Source: Dickeya solani IPO 2222 (GTDB taxonomy: Bacteria > Pseudomonadota > Gammaproteobacteria > Enterobacterales > Enterobacteriaceae). From it: 32,000 nt of DNA. Below are positions 1 through 9,163 of this stretch, piece after piece. The notes beneath the pieces were generated by a model. That model had not been told where the DNA came from. It ran no database searches and was given only the letters and a program-made list of their open reading frames with translations. The translations under genes and the position numbers were made by a program. How positions within the stretch are numbered: the first letter of the stretch is position 1; every line of letters starts with the position of its first letter. The stretch covers positions 1,470,001 to 1,502,000 of the forward strand of contig NZ_CP015137.1 in assembly GCF_001644705.1 (NCBI RefSeq), written 5' to 3'.

Positions 1-759
1 AAACGGAATTAACTGCCCAATTTCATTACGACCCATCTCGCCAATGGTCAAATCCAGTTGCCCGTTCGACAAAATTTGCAAATGCGCTTTAACCTTCTCC
101 AGCGGTCGGCCCATCTGAATAGCGAGATAGCGGTCGGTTAATATCACCACGCCTAATCCAACAATCATGGCGACGATCAGCGTGACCTTACACCAGTATA
201 CCCAGGCTGAAATGCGGGCCTGCGCTTCCGTTTTCAGGTTTTTAATAATCTGATTATATTCATTAATGGCGTCGGTGAATTTTACCCGCAGCGGGTTGTA
301 TTTCTCCCTCACCAGTTTTTCATAGGCATCGTGATTATTCTGCCTGGCCGCGTCCAGCATCGGCACAATCGCTTCGCTGAACAGTTGGTAAGAACTATTG
401 TAAATATCATCAATGGTGTTGCTGCTGATATTGGCGTGGTCGGCAACCTTGAACTGCGCCAGACCACCTTTCAGAAAATCCACGTCCGCCGTGGCGTCGC
501 TAAGTAATCTACGCCCGCGATCGCTGTTATTTTCGGCAACGACGGCTTCATCCATCGACAATTTAACTTTGTAGTAACGATCGCTGGCGCCATTAATAAT
601 ATCGCCGTTCGTTTGCTGCACATTTGTCAGACCAATCTCGCCGGTCAGACTATTCAGGGAATACAGAGAAAAAAATGACACCCCACTCCATAGCAAGGTA
701 AATATGATTAGGATAGCCAGCATCATAATTTTAACCCTGACGTTACAAATAAAACTCAT
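1..759 (-). CDS. Methyl-accepting chemotaxis protein, N-terminal part (gene continues past the left edge of the window)
   Basis: Not in the ORF track because it runs off the window. Reverse-strand ATG at 759-757 is preceded by a GAGAGG SD. My translation starts MSFICNVRVKIMMLAILIIFTLLWSGVSFFSLYSLN. It gives TM1, a roughly 160-aa helical periplasmic region, TM2 (VTLIVAMIVGLGVVIL) and a HAMP-like segment (GRPLEKVKAHLQILSNGQLDLTIGEMGRNEIGQL). This is Tar/4HB-type MCP architecture. Confidence 0.75.
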   Translation of the reverse strand, partial: MSFICNVRVKIMMLAILIIFTLLWSGVSFFSLYSLNSLTGEIGLTNVQQTNGDIINGASDRYYKVKLSMDEAVVAENNSDRGRRLLSDATADVDFLKGGLAQFKVADHANISSNTIDDIYNSSYQLFSEAIVPMLDAARQNNHDAYEKLVREKYNPLRVKFTDAINEYNQIIKNLKTEAQARISAWVYWCKVTLIVAMIVGLGVVILTDRYLAIQMGRPLEKVKAHLQILSNGQLDLTIGEMGRNEIGQLIPF

Positions 760-1096
760 TTAATACCTCTCGAATGACGTCATGCGATTGATTATTGGTT
801 TTATGGTTGTTGATTCGGACTCATTCTAATTAATTTTTATCCACCTCCTTTTATCGCAGCAGAGATGCCTGATATATCGGCCATTTCGTCTTTTTATTTA
901 ACCGACAACCCGGAAATGATAAGTAAGAGAGATATTAAAAAATACATTTTTAAACGGGAGATGAACGAAAGGGAATAAGAATGGAAGCGGCAGGAAAAAA
1001 ACCACAGAACAGATTGTTGAATAAGCGCATCGACTGGATCGGCCGTTCAACGACAGGCGTGCTTCACCCTGAAATCATCCCTCTTTGCGTCGCGCA

Positions 1097-1621
1097 TCAC
1101 TGCGGCTCCCCCTCCGGCGCAAAGCACAGCGACCATTCGCAGCAGTCGTCGCAACTGGGTGATCGGCACACCAGCTCGCCATCCTGATGCAGGCAACGCT
1201 GACGGTAGAAGAATTTTTTCCAGCGCATGTTGTGGTGGTTCAGCGCCACCAGTTCCGGGAAGCAATCCGTCATCAGCAGGCGCAGTTCAGCGCGGGAATC
1301 CAGCCCCAAATCCTGCCACAGGTGATTGAAACCCAGCGAGGCGCTGGCGATAAGCTGATGCATCGGCGCGCCGTCCGCCACCAGGTAGCCGTACAGCCAG
1401 TCGGCCAGTTGTACCCGTTCTTCCCGGCGGGTCTGTTGCAGTTCGCTCATCAACGACTGGCGCTGATCCCGCGCGGCGTTGGCCTGCGGCAGGGGCCCGT
1501 TCAGCCGTTGCCGCAGCACCTGCCAGGCGAGTTCATCCAGCCCCATACGCCGGGGGAAGCAGGCCGCACCGGCGTCATGTAACGTCAGCAGTCGCCGCAG
1601 CCAGTACTCCGCCCCGTCCAT
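1097..1621 (-). CDS. nifQ: NifQ (molybdenum processing for FeMo-co)
   Basis: C-terminal Cys cluster CRSPSCDDCCEWSLC is typical of NifQ, and the gene lies directly downstream of nifB. Start set at the internal ATG (MDGAEYWLRRLL...), whose A is shared with the nifB TGA (TGATG at 1623-1619). The longer track ORF (to 1783) overlaps nifB and is Arg/Ala-rich junk. Confidence 0.85.
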   Translation of the reverse strand: MDGAEYWLRRLLTLHDAGAACFPRRMGLDELAWQVLRQRLNGPLPQANAARDQRQSLMSELQQTRREERVQLADWLYGYLVADGAPMHQLIASASLGFNHLWQDLGLDSRAELRLLMTDCFPELVALNHHNMRWKKFFYRQRCLHQDGELVCRSPSCDDCCEWSLCFAPEGEPQ

Positions 1622-3018
1622 CACGCCGCCCCCTGCGCGCGTTCTTCGGCGGGGCGCGTCTGCTGACGTTGCCGCCACCAGCGGCCCAGCACCTCGGCGA
1701 CATTCTGCCAGGCCCCTTCCACGTTGGGCTGGATCCCCTGCTGCTCCAGCTTCTGCCACGGCGCATAGCCGATGCGGGCGCAAAACACGGCCGCCACGTC
1801 CGCCAGCAACGCCAGCATCGCCGCCATGCGATCCTCGCTGTCGGCGGGTTCGCAGTCATCGCTGCCGCGGCAATATTTAGGCGCGAAGCGTTCGTTGACC
1901 AGCACCACGCCCGCGGCCGACAGGCTGTAAATTTGAAAGCGTTCGGCATGGCCGAAATGGCAGTCGATCACCTCGCCGCCGGATGACGCCACCGCCACCA
2001 GACAAGCCTCCGGCTCCTCGGACTCGCCTCGGGACGCGATGCTGGCGTGCACCTGCGCGCGCTGGTGCAACAGCGGCAGATAGGGTTGCTGCTCGGCAGG
2101 CAGCGACGACAGCCGGAACTGCTGGCTACGGTCTTCCCCCAACATGCCGATGGCGTCCGCCCGGCACTGCTGACAATGCGCCATCTGCGGCATCGCCGCG
2201 CCGCACTGTGTCCGCACCGCCGCCAGCGCGTCGGCATCCGGTTCCGGCTGACCGTTAAGGCCGAACACCGTGCCGTGTTCCGGCCGGGCGATCAGCGGCA
2301 TGATGTTGTGCAAAAACGCCCCCCAGCGCCGCGCCTGCTGACTGACCTCGAACAAATGCCGATCGTTGATGCCGGGGATCAGTACCGAATTGATCTTCAC
2401 CAGCACGCCGTTTTCCGTCAGCCGCCGGATCCCCTCCTGCTGGCGCTCCAGCAGGATCATGCCCGCCTCGCGCCCGGTATAGCGCTCGCCATCCAGCCAC
2501 AGCCAGGCATAGATCCGCGCCGCAATATCCGCATCGAGCGCGTTGACGGTCACCGTGACGTGATCGACGCCGACATCCAGCAGCCGATCCACCGCGTCCG
2601 GCAGCATCAGGCCGTTGGTGGACAAACATAGCTTGAGGTCCGGCAACTGCTCGCGCAGCAGCGTCAGGGTACGAAAGGTGCGGGCGATATTCGCCAGCGG
2701 GTCGCCCGGCCCGGCGATGCCGACTACCGACAGCTGCGGGATGGCCGCCGCCACCTGATGCGCTTTCGCTACCGCCTGCTCCGGCGTCAACAGTTCAGAC
2801 ACCACGCCGGGTCGGGATTCGTTACTGCAGTCGTATTTGCGATTGCAGTAGTGGCATTGCAGGTTACAGGCGGGCGCCACCGCCAGATGCATACGGGCGT
2901 AGTGATGGTGCCCGCTCACCGAGTAGCAGGGGTGATGCGCCACCTTGCTGGCTTGCAGTGGAGTAAAACGGTCGGTCTGGTCGGAACGGCAGCCGGATGC
3001 GGAAGGGCAAGATGTCAT
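1621..3018 (-). CDS. nifB: NifB, radical-SAM FeMo-co biosynthesis protein
   Basis: 465 aa. Radical-SAM motif CNLQCHYCNRKYDC, a conserved HPCYS...HHHYARMHLAVAPACN N-terminus, and a C-terminal NifX/NifY-like domain. ATG at 3018-3016. Confidence 0.95.
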   Translation of the reverse strand: MTSCPSASGCRSDQTDRFTPLQASKVAHHPCYSVSGHHHYARMHLAVAPACNLQCHYCNRKYDCSNESRPGVVSELLTPEQAVAKAHQVAAAIPQLSVVGIAGPGDPLANIARTFRTLTLLREQLPDLKLCLSTNGLMLPDAVDRLLDVGVDHVTVTVNALDADIAARIYAWLWLDGERYTGREAGMILLERQQEGIRRLTENGVLVKINSVLIPGINDRHLFEVSQQARRWGAFLHNIMPLIARPEHGTVFGLNGQPEPDADALAAVRTQCGAAMPQMAHCQQCRADAIGMLGEDRSQQFRLSSLPAEQQPYLPLLHQRAQVHASIASRGESEEPEACLVAVASSGGEVIDCHFGHAERFQIYSLSAAGVVLVNERFAPKYCRGSDDCEPADSEDRMAAMLALLADVAAVFCARIGYAPWQKLEQQGIQPNVEGAWQNVAEVLGRWWRQRQQTRPAEERAQGAA

Positions 3019-3058
3019 GGTTATGGCCTATGCGAAGAAAGAAATCATACCCAGAGGG

Positions 3059-3075
3059 TGCAAGAGCCATACCGC
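3059..3075 (-). promoter_or_regulatory. sigma54 -24/-12 promoter of nifBQ
   Basis: Reverse complement reads GCGGTATGGCTCTTGCA, with GG-N10-GC spacing exact. It lies about 40 nt upstream of the nifB ATG. Confidence 0.7.
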
Positions 3076-3164
3076 ACGACATAAAAATTTATTGTATTAA
3101 AAACAATATGATGGGAATAAAACCGTCAGGCGGGTTTGTCGGGATTGTGGCATTAGGCCGACAA

Positions 3165-3180
3165 TGTGTCACATGCCACA
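3165..3180. promoter_or_regulatory. NifA upstream activator sequence (UAS) for nifB
   Basis: Perfect TGT-N10-ACA (TGTGTCACATGCCACA), about 90-105 bp upstream of the -24 element. Confidence 0.65.
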
Positions 3181-3196
3181 ATCAGTCATATACTAC

Positions 3197-3253
3197 AATC
3201 TGCCACATACCATAATCTGCCACACACCCTAATCTGCCACACGCCCTAATCCC
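3197..3253. repeat. 17-bp tandem direct repeat, 3 full copies plus a partial (AATCTGCCACAYRCCMT)
   Basis: Copies at 3197-3213, 3214-3230 and 3231-3247, with a partial copy at 3248-3253, read directly from the sequence. It lies between the nifA stop (3263) and the nifB UAS. Confidence 0.9.
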
Positions 3254-3262
3254 GACGGCCGC

Positions 3263-4830
<1,568 letters not shown>

Positions 4831-4834
<4 letters not shown>

Positions 4835-6360
4835 TTTGCGCCTCCGGTTAGTGAAGTGGAGTGTCCTGTTAGTGACGCGGAAAGTCCTGATAGTGATGCT
4901 GGTAGCGGGAAACGCAGGGTCAGACAGGTGCCGCCGCCCGGGCGGGAGGTCAGGTCTATCGCCCCCTGATGATGGGCCACCAGCGTTTGAATCAAGCGCA
5001 GCTCCATGCCTTTTCCCAACGTGGTGAGCGCGGTCTGAGTACTGACATAGCGCACCTGTTCCAGCGGCACGTTGTCTTCCAGATACAGCGCCAGCCAGTC
5101 GCCGTCCTGCCGGGCGAACAGATGCACTGAAAGTGCGAAGGGTCGGATTTCTCCCGCCTGCGCCAGCGTGCGATCCAGCCACAGGCTGAGGCAGGCCAGT
5201 ATCTGGGTGCGCTGACCAAATCCGACCAACTGCGGCGTTTCCAGCTCGCAGCGCAGCTGGTCGCCGTCGGTAAAGCGGGTGTGATACAGCGCAGCCAGGT
5301 CCTCGACCAGCGTGCCGAGCGGCCAGTCCGCCGCCGGTTCAAAATCCAGCGACGGGCGGCAAGCCTGCAGCCGCGCCACCGCCTCTTCGCCTTCGAGCCA
5401 GGCGGACTCCAGCGCCACATTGCTGCGGTCTTCGCCGTTGAGCCGGCGGGCGGCCGCCAGCATGTTGAGCGGACAGTTAAGCTGAATCAGCGCCGCATCC
5501 AGCGACTCGCGGATCGCCGCCAGCAGCTTGCCGTTGGTCATCTGCTGTTTGAGGCGGTCGAGCCGCCCCTGCTGGTGTTGTTGCTGCTGTTCGGTACAGT
5601 CGCTGATGACGAGCAGCGTGCGCGGCAGCGCGGTATCGGTGAAATAGCGGCTGGCTTCTTCATTAACGCCGGGCAGCGCCCAGCAACCGAGCGTCAGCCA
5701 GCGCACCGCGCCGCGGATGGTGACCGGCAGCGCCGCGCCTTGCTGCAGCGCCACCTTATTGGCCGGATAATCCAGTACCGCCAGCAGCTCGCGGCCGCCG
5801 CAGTCGGCGCACAGCGTCTTGTAAGCCAGATTATCCATGATTACCCGGTCCTGCTCGTCCACCACCACCACCGCCGCCGGAATATTATTCAGCACCGCGG
5901 TGATCAGCGTCATGTGGTTGCGCAGCCGCTGTTCCAGCGCATAGCTGGCGCTGATGTCCTTGTGCATACCGAGGTAGTGCTCCACCTCGCCGCGGGAATT
6001 GAAAATCGGCGTGATGTCGATTTCGGCCAGATACAGGCTGCCGTCGCGGCGGCGGTTAATCAGTTGACCGCGCCAGGCACGCCCCTGCAACAACGTCTGC
6101 CACAGCGCCTGATACACCTCGACCGGGGTTTGCTGGCTGGCGAGAATACGGTGGTTCTGCCCGAGCAACTGCGGCAGGTTGTAGCCGGTCAGGCGACAAA
6201 ACGCCGGGTTGGTGTACACGATATGGGCGTGCGGGTCGGTCAGGGAGATCGCCACCGACGACTGTTCCACCACGGTGGAAAACAGGGACGGATGCTGCCG
6301 GGACAGGTGGCTGGCGATTTCGCCCAGCGGAAAAGACTCCGCCATCAAATGCATGGACAT
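4831..6360 (-). CDS. nifL: NifL, redox/nitrogen-responsive anti-activator of NifA
   Basis: 509 aa. N-terminal PAS (VAISLTDPHAHIVYTNPAFCRLTGY), a Q-rich linker (TEQQQQHQQGRLDRLKQQ) and a C-terminal GHKL-like domain (GKGMELRLIQTLVAHHQGAIDLTSRPGGGTCLTLRFP). Translationally coupled to nifA. Confidence 0.93.
4834..4896 (-). repeat. Three degenerate in-frame 21-bp tandem units at the nifL 3' end
   Basis: The minus strand reads TCACTATCAGGACTTTCCGCG / TCACTAACAGGACACTCCACT / TCACTAACCGGAGGCGCAAAA. These encode SLSGLSA-SLTGHST-SLTGGAK. The last unit contains the nifA SD. Confidence 0.7.
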
Positions 6361-6462
6361 AGGGTGACTCCCTTACGGTTCGGCGGCGGGGATGTCGGCT
6401 TTTCGACAATTTGTCGCAGGCTGCGACACCCCGTCCGGCTGGCGAATAACGGGGAATAACCA

Positions 6463-6478
6463 TGCAAACACTGCACCT
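6463..6478 (-). promoter_or_regulatory. sigma54 -24/-12 promoter of nifLA
   Basis: Reverse complement is AGGTGCAGTGTTTGCA, with GG-N10-GC exact. It lies about 100 nt upstream of the nifL ATG (6360). Confidence 0.7.
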
Positions 6479-6596
6479 TTTATTGATTAAGCCGACTAAA
6501 CATTGATCCGGATCCCTGTTTTGCCGCCAAAAACCGTCAACCCCTGCTGCCATGCGCATTGAGCGGGGGAAAAAGCCGTGCTTGCAGTACAAAAAA

Positions 6597-6613
6597 AGCA
6601 CAACAAAAGTGCA
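6597..6613. promoter_or_regulatory. NtrC-like enhancer site 1 for nifLA
   Basis: AGCACAACAAAAGTGCA is a 17-bp dyad GCAC-N7-GTGC resembling TGCACC-N5-GGTGCA. It lies about 140 bp upstream of the nifLA -12. Confidence 0.5.
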
Positions 6614-6617
6614 GCCG

Positions 6618-6634
6618 TGCGCCATCAATGTGCA
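6618..6634. promoter_or_regulatory. NtrC-like enhancer site 2 for nifLA
   Basis: TGCGCCATCAATGTGCA matches TGCACC-N5-GGTGCA at most positions. Its centre lies 21 bp (two helical turns) from the centre of site 1. Confidence 0.5.
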
Positions 6635-6664
6635 GAAAAATCCATACGGCGCGCCGGCCAAAAC

Positions 6665-6680
6665 TGGCACGGGATTCGCA
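6665..6680 (+). promoter_or_regulatory. sigma54 -24/-12 promoter of nifF
   Basis: TGGCACGGGATTCGCA, with GG-N10-GC exact, on the plus strand 136 nt upstream of the nifF ATG. Confidence 0.7.
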
Positions 6681-6815
6681 ATAACGGGATTCGTAACGAC
6701 CGGGTTAGCAGCAATATTCACAGCATGAACGAACGGTCTGATGCCTCCTTCCCGGCGCGCCGTTTTCTTCATCACCGGTTTTTCTCTTCATCATCACGCA
6801 GTCAGGAGCATAACT

Positions 6816-7346
6816 ATGGCGAACATTGGCATTTTCTTTGGCACCGATACCGGCAAAACCCGCAAGATCGCCAAACTGATTCATCAGAAACTGGGCGAGG
6901 CGGCGGACGCGCCGGTCAACATCAACCGTACCTCGCTGGAGGCTTTTCTGTCCTATCCGGTGCTGCTGCTGGGCACCCCGACGCTGGGCGATGGGCAGTT
7001 GCCCGGCATCGAAGCCGGCTGCGAAGCCCCATCCTGGCTGGAATTCGCCGATGAACTGGCGGGTGCTGACCTGAAAGGGAAAATCGTCGCGCTGTTCGGG
7101 CTGGGGGATCAGCAGGGCTACCCGGATAATTTCGCCAGCGGCCTGAAACCGCTCTACGACGTCATGACCGATCTGGGCGCGCGCGTAGTGGGCGACTGGC
7201 CGAGCGACGGCTACGAATTCAACGCGTCCGCCGCGTTGCAGGAAGACCGGTTTGTCGGCCTGGTGCTGGACCAGGACAACCAGCACGACCTGACGGAACA
7301 GCGCCTCGACAACTGGCTGGCGCAAATCAAGTCCACCATCCTGTAA
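6816..7346 (+). CDS. nifF: NifF flavodoxin (electron donor to nitrogenase reductase)
   Basis: 176 aa from MANIGIFFGTDTGKTRKIA (flavodoxin FMN-phosphate loop), with SD AGGAG upstream. The track ORF start at 6741 is an N-terminal overextension. Confidence 0.93.
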   Translation: MANIGIFFGTDTGKTRKIAKLIHQKLGEAADAPVNINRTSLEAFLSYPVLLLGTPTLGDGQLPGIEAGCEAPSWLEFADELAGADLKGKIVALFGLGDQQGYPDNFASGLKPLYDVMTDLGARVVGDWPSDGYEFNASAALQEDRFVGLVLDQDNQHDLTEQRLDNWLAQIKSTIL

Positions 7347-7634
7347 TGCCGCGCGGCAGCCTGTGCCGTATGTCCTTTCATCCCACGTCATCCCCTCCCG
7401 GCTTTTTCCCTGTCAGGGTAAGAGGCCGGGTCGCCGCTCCCGCCAACGGCTTTTTCCCATCGTGGTGTGTCAAAAACGTAATTAATTGATTTTAAAAAGA
7501 CCAGTCAGATCGCCGCCTCGATTAAACGTGATAGAAATCACACTTAACCGTCACCTTCATCATCCTGTTCCGAAACGAGGAAGATTAACGCGCCGTTTTG
7601 CGATTAACTTAAGGCAACACACGAGGAACACCAC

Positions 7635-8999
7635 ATGAACGATACCGTGCTGACAATATGGCAACAGGCGAGGATCAGCCGCGATCCGCGTTTTGACGGC
7701 ACCTTTTTCGTCGCCGTCAAATCCACCGGTATTTTCTGCCGCCCCATCTGCCCGGCATCGCTGCCGCTGGAAAAAAACGTCGTTTACTACCGCACCCGCA
7801 CCGAGGCGATTCAGGCCGGTTTTCGCCCTTGCCTGCGCTGCAAGCCGGAATATGCGCCGCGCTTTGCCGAACTGGACCGCAAACAGCTGCTGCCGGTGCG
7901 CATCGCCGCCGCTATCGACAGCGGTGAACACCTGCTGTCGAAGGTGGAGCAGATTGCCGATGCCCACTATCTTTCCAGCCGCTACCTGAACCGGTTGTTC
8001 CGCACGCATTACGGCTGTTCGGTGAAGGAATACCAAAACATCGCGAAGATTTTTTTCGCCAAGAAGCTGTTCCAAAGCTCCAGCCTCAGCATCACCGATA
8101 TCGCTGCATCGTGCGGATTCAGCGGCCTGAGCGGGTTTTATCAGCTTATCGACAAGTACCTGAAAACCACGCCCAAACGGATGATGTTGTCGCCATCGGC
8201 CAGCCGGGATAAGGCCGAACACATCAGGTTGCGCCTGCCGGTCGGCGGACGCTACCACTGGGATTATTTTCTGGCGTTCCAGTCGCGGCGGTTGATCGAT
8301 GGCGTGGAATGGATCGAGGGCGCCACTTACGGCCGCCGCTTTATCCTCAACGGCGAGAAGGGATCGTTTCAGGTGCATCCGGCGCCGGGCGGGTTTGACG
8401 TGACGATCGCGCTGAGCCGCCTGACGCTGCTGTCTCAGGTGCTGGAGCGGATCCGCAATCTGTTCGATCTCAACGTCAATATCGAGGCGGTCGAGGATCA
8501 GTTGCGTCGAGCCTACCCGACATTACCGATCGTACCCGGCATCCGCATTCCCGGCGTGTTCTCGCCGTTTGAAGCCGCCCTCCGCGCCGTTTGCGGTCAG
8601 CAGGTGAGCGTATCCGCCGCCACCACGCTGCTGAACCAGCTGGTGTCGCTCTGCGCGATTGAGGAAGACGGCCAGCGTTACTTTCCAACGCCGGAGCGCA
8701 TTACGCCAGAGGTTGTCGGCCAACTGCGCGCCATGCAGTCGAAAAAAGCCACGCTGGTGAATATCGCCGACTGGTTCTGCCGCCACGACCTCAGCGAGAT
8801 CGACAGGCTCACCGAGGTCAAAGGCATCGGTCGCTGGACGCTCGATTATTTGAAACTGCGATCGCTCAACGATCCCGATATCTGGCTGGGGGGCGATCTC
8901 GGCATCCGCAACGCCTTGCGTCAGTTGGGCGACATCGACCCGCAGCGGGCGGCGCCGTGGAAAAGCTACCTCACGCTGCATCTGTGGAACACGCTGTAA
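7635..8999 (+). CDS. alkA: Ada-type Zn-finger/AraC regulator fused to DNA-3-methyladenine glycosylase II (AdaA-AlkA fusion)
   Basis: 454 aa. N-terminal Ada Zn site (GIFCRPICPA...GFRPCLRCKP), an AraC-type HTH (ITDIAASCGFSGLSGFYQLIDKYLKTTPKRM) and a C-terminal HhH-GPD glycosylase (LTEVKGIGRWTLDYLKLRSL...GGDLGIRNAL). Confidence 0.85.
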   Translation: MNDTVLTIWQQARISRDPRFDGTFFVAVKSTGIFCRPICPASLPLEKNVVYYRTRTEAIQAGFRPCLRCKPEYAPRFAELDRKQLLPVRIAAAIDSGEHLLSKVEQIADAHYLSSRYLNRLFRTHYGCSVKEYQNIAKIFFAKKLFQSSSLSITDIAASCGFSGLSGFYQLIDKYLKTTPKRMMLSPSASRDKAEHIRLRLPVGGRYHWDYFLAFQSRRLIDGVEWIEGATYGRRFILNGEKGSFQVHPAPGGFDVTIALSRLTLLSQVLERIRNLFDLNVNIEAVEDQLRRAYPTLPIVPGIRIPGVFSPFEAALRAVCGQQVSVSAATTLLNQLVSLCAIEEDGQRYFPTPERITPEVVGQLRAMQSKKATLVNIADWFCRHDLSEIDRLTEVKGIGRWTLDYLKLRSLNDPDIWLGGDLGIRNALRQLGDIDPQRAAPWKSYLTLHLWNTL

Positions 9000-9012
9000 A
9001 TATGCGCTATCC

Positions 9013-9163
9013 GTGGAAAAAACATGCTGTGGAAAAAACATTCGGTGGAAAAACATGTTGTGGAAGAACATTCAGTGAAAAAACATTCTGTGAAAAATCA
9101 TTCAGAGAAAAAGCATTCAGAGAAAAAACATCCGTGTAAAAACGCGTTGTGGAGGAACACGCA
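9013..9163. repeat. Tandem array of 10 degenerate 15-bp units (consensus GTGGAAAAAACATTC)
   Basis: Units start at 9013, 9029, 9045, 9060, 9075, 9090, 9105, 9120, 9134 and 9149, with lengths 16,16,15,15,15,15,15,14,15,15. The array fills the alkA-ogt spacer exactly. The last unit (GTGGAGGAACACGCA) supplies the ogt SD. Confidence 0.95.

Noticed and set aside
6056-7391. Track ORFs 6056-6775(-), 6578-7054(+) and 6705-7391(-), spanning the nifL-nifF control region and nifF.
   Set aside because: They run through promoters and enhancer sites or lie antisense or out of frame to the clearly conserved flavodoxin frame. They have no motifs.
7397-7458. Structure after nifF: a CCCGGC...GCCGGG stem enclosing CCCTG-t-CAGGG, plus two copies of CGGCTTTTTCCC (7399-7410 and 7447-7458). 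Considered as the nifF terminator or as target-site duplications.
   Set aside because: No U-tract follows the main stem. The 12-mer copies do not flank anything recognisable as an inserted element.
8523-9139. Track ORFs 8957-9139(+) and 8523-9071(-), which read through the repeat array (peptides such as EKTFCEKSFREKAFREK and MFFHNMFFHRMFF).
   Set aside because: Their openness is a by-product of a stop-free repeat unit. They have no SD, and the minus ORF is antisense to alkA. Only the frame ending in ATGA at the ogt start was kept, as a low-confidence hypothesis.
9013-9163. The 15-bp tandem array considered as a CRISPR array.
   Set aside because: Units are directly adjacent with no spacers, are only 15 bp long, and no cas genes are present. 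It is a simple tandem repeat.
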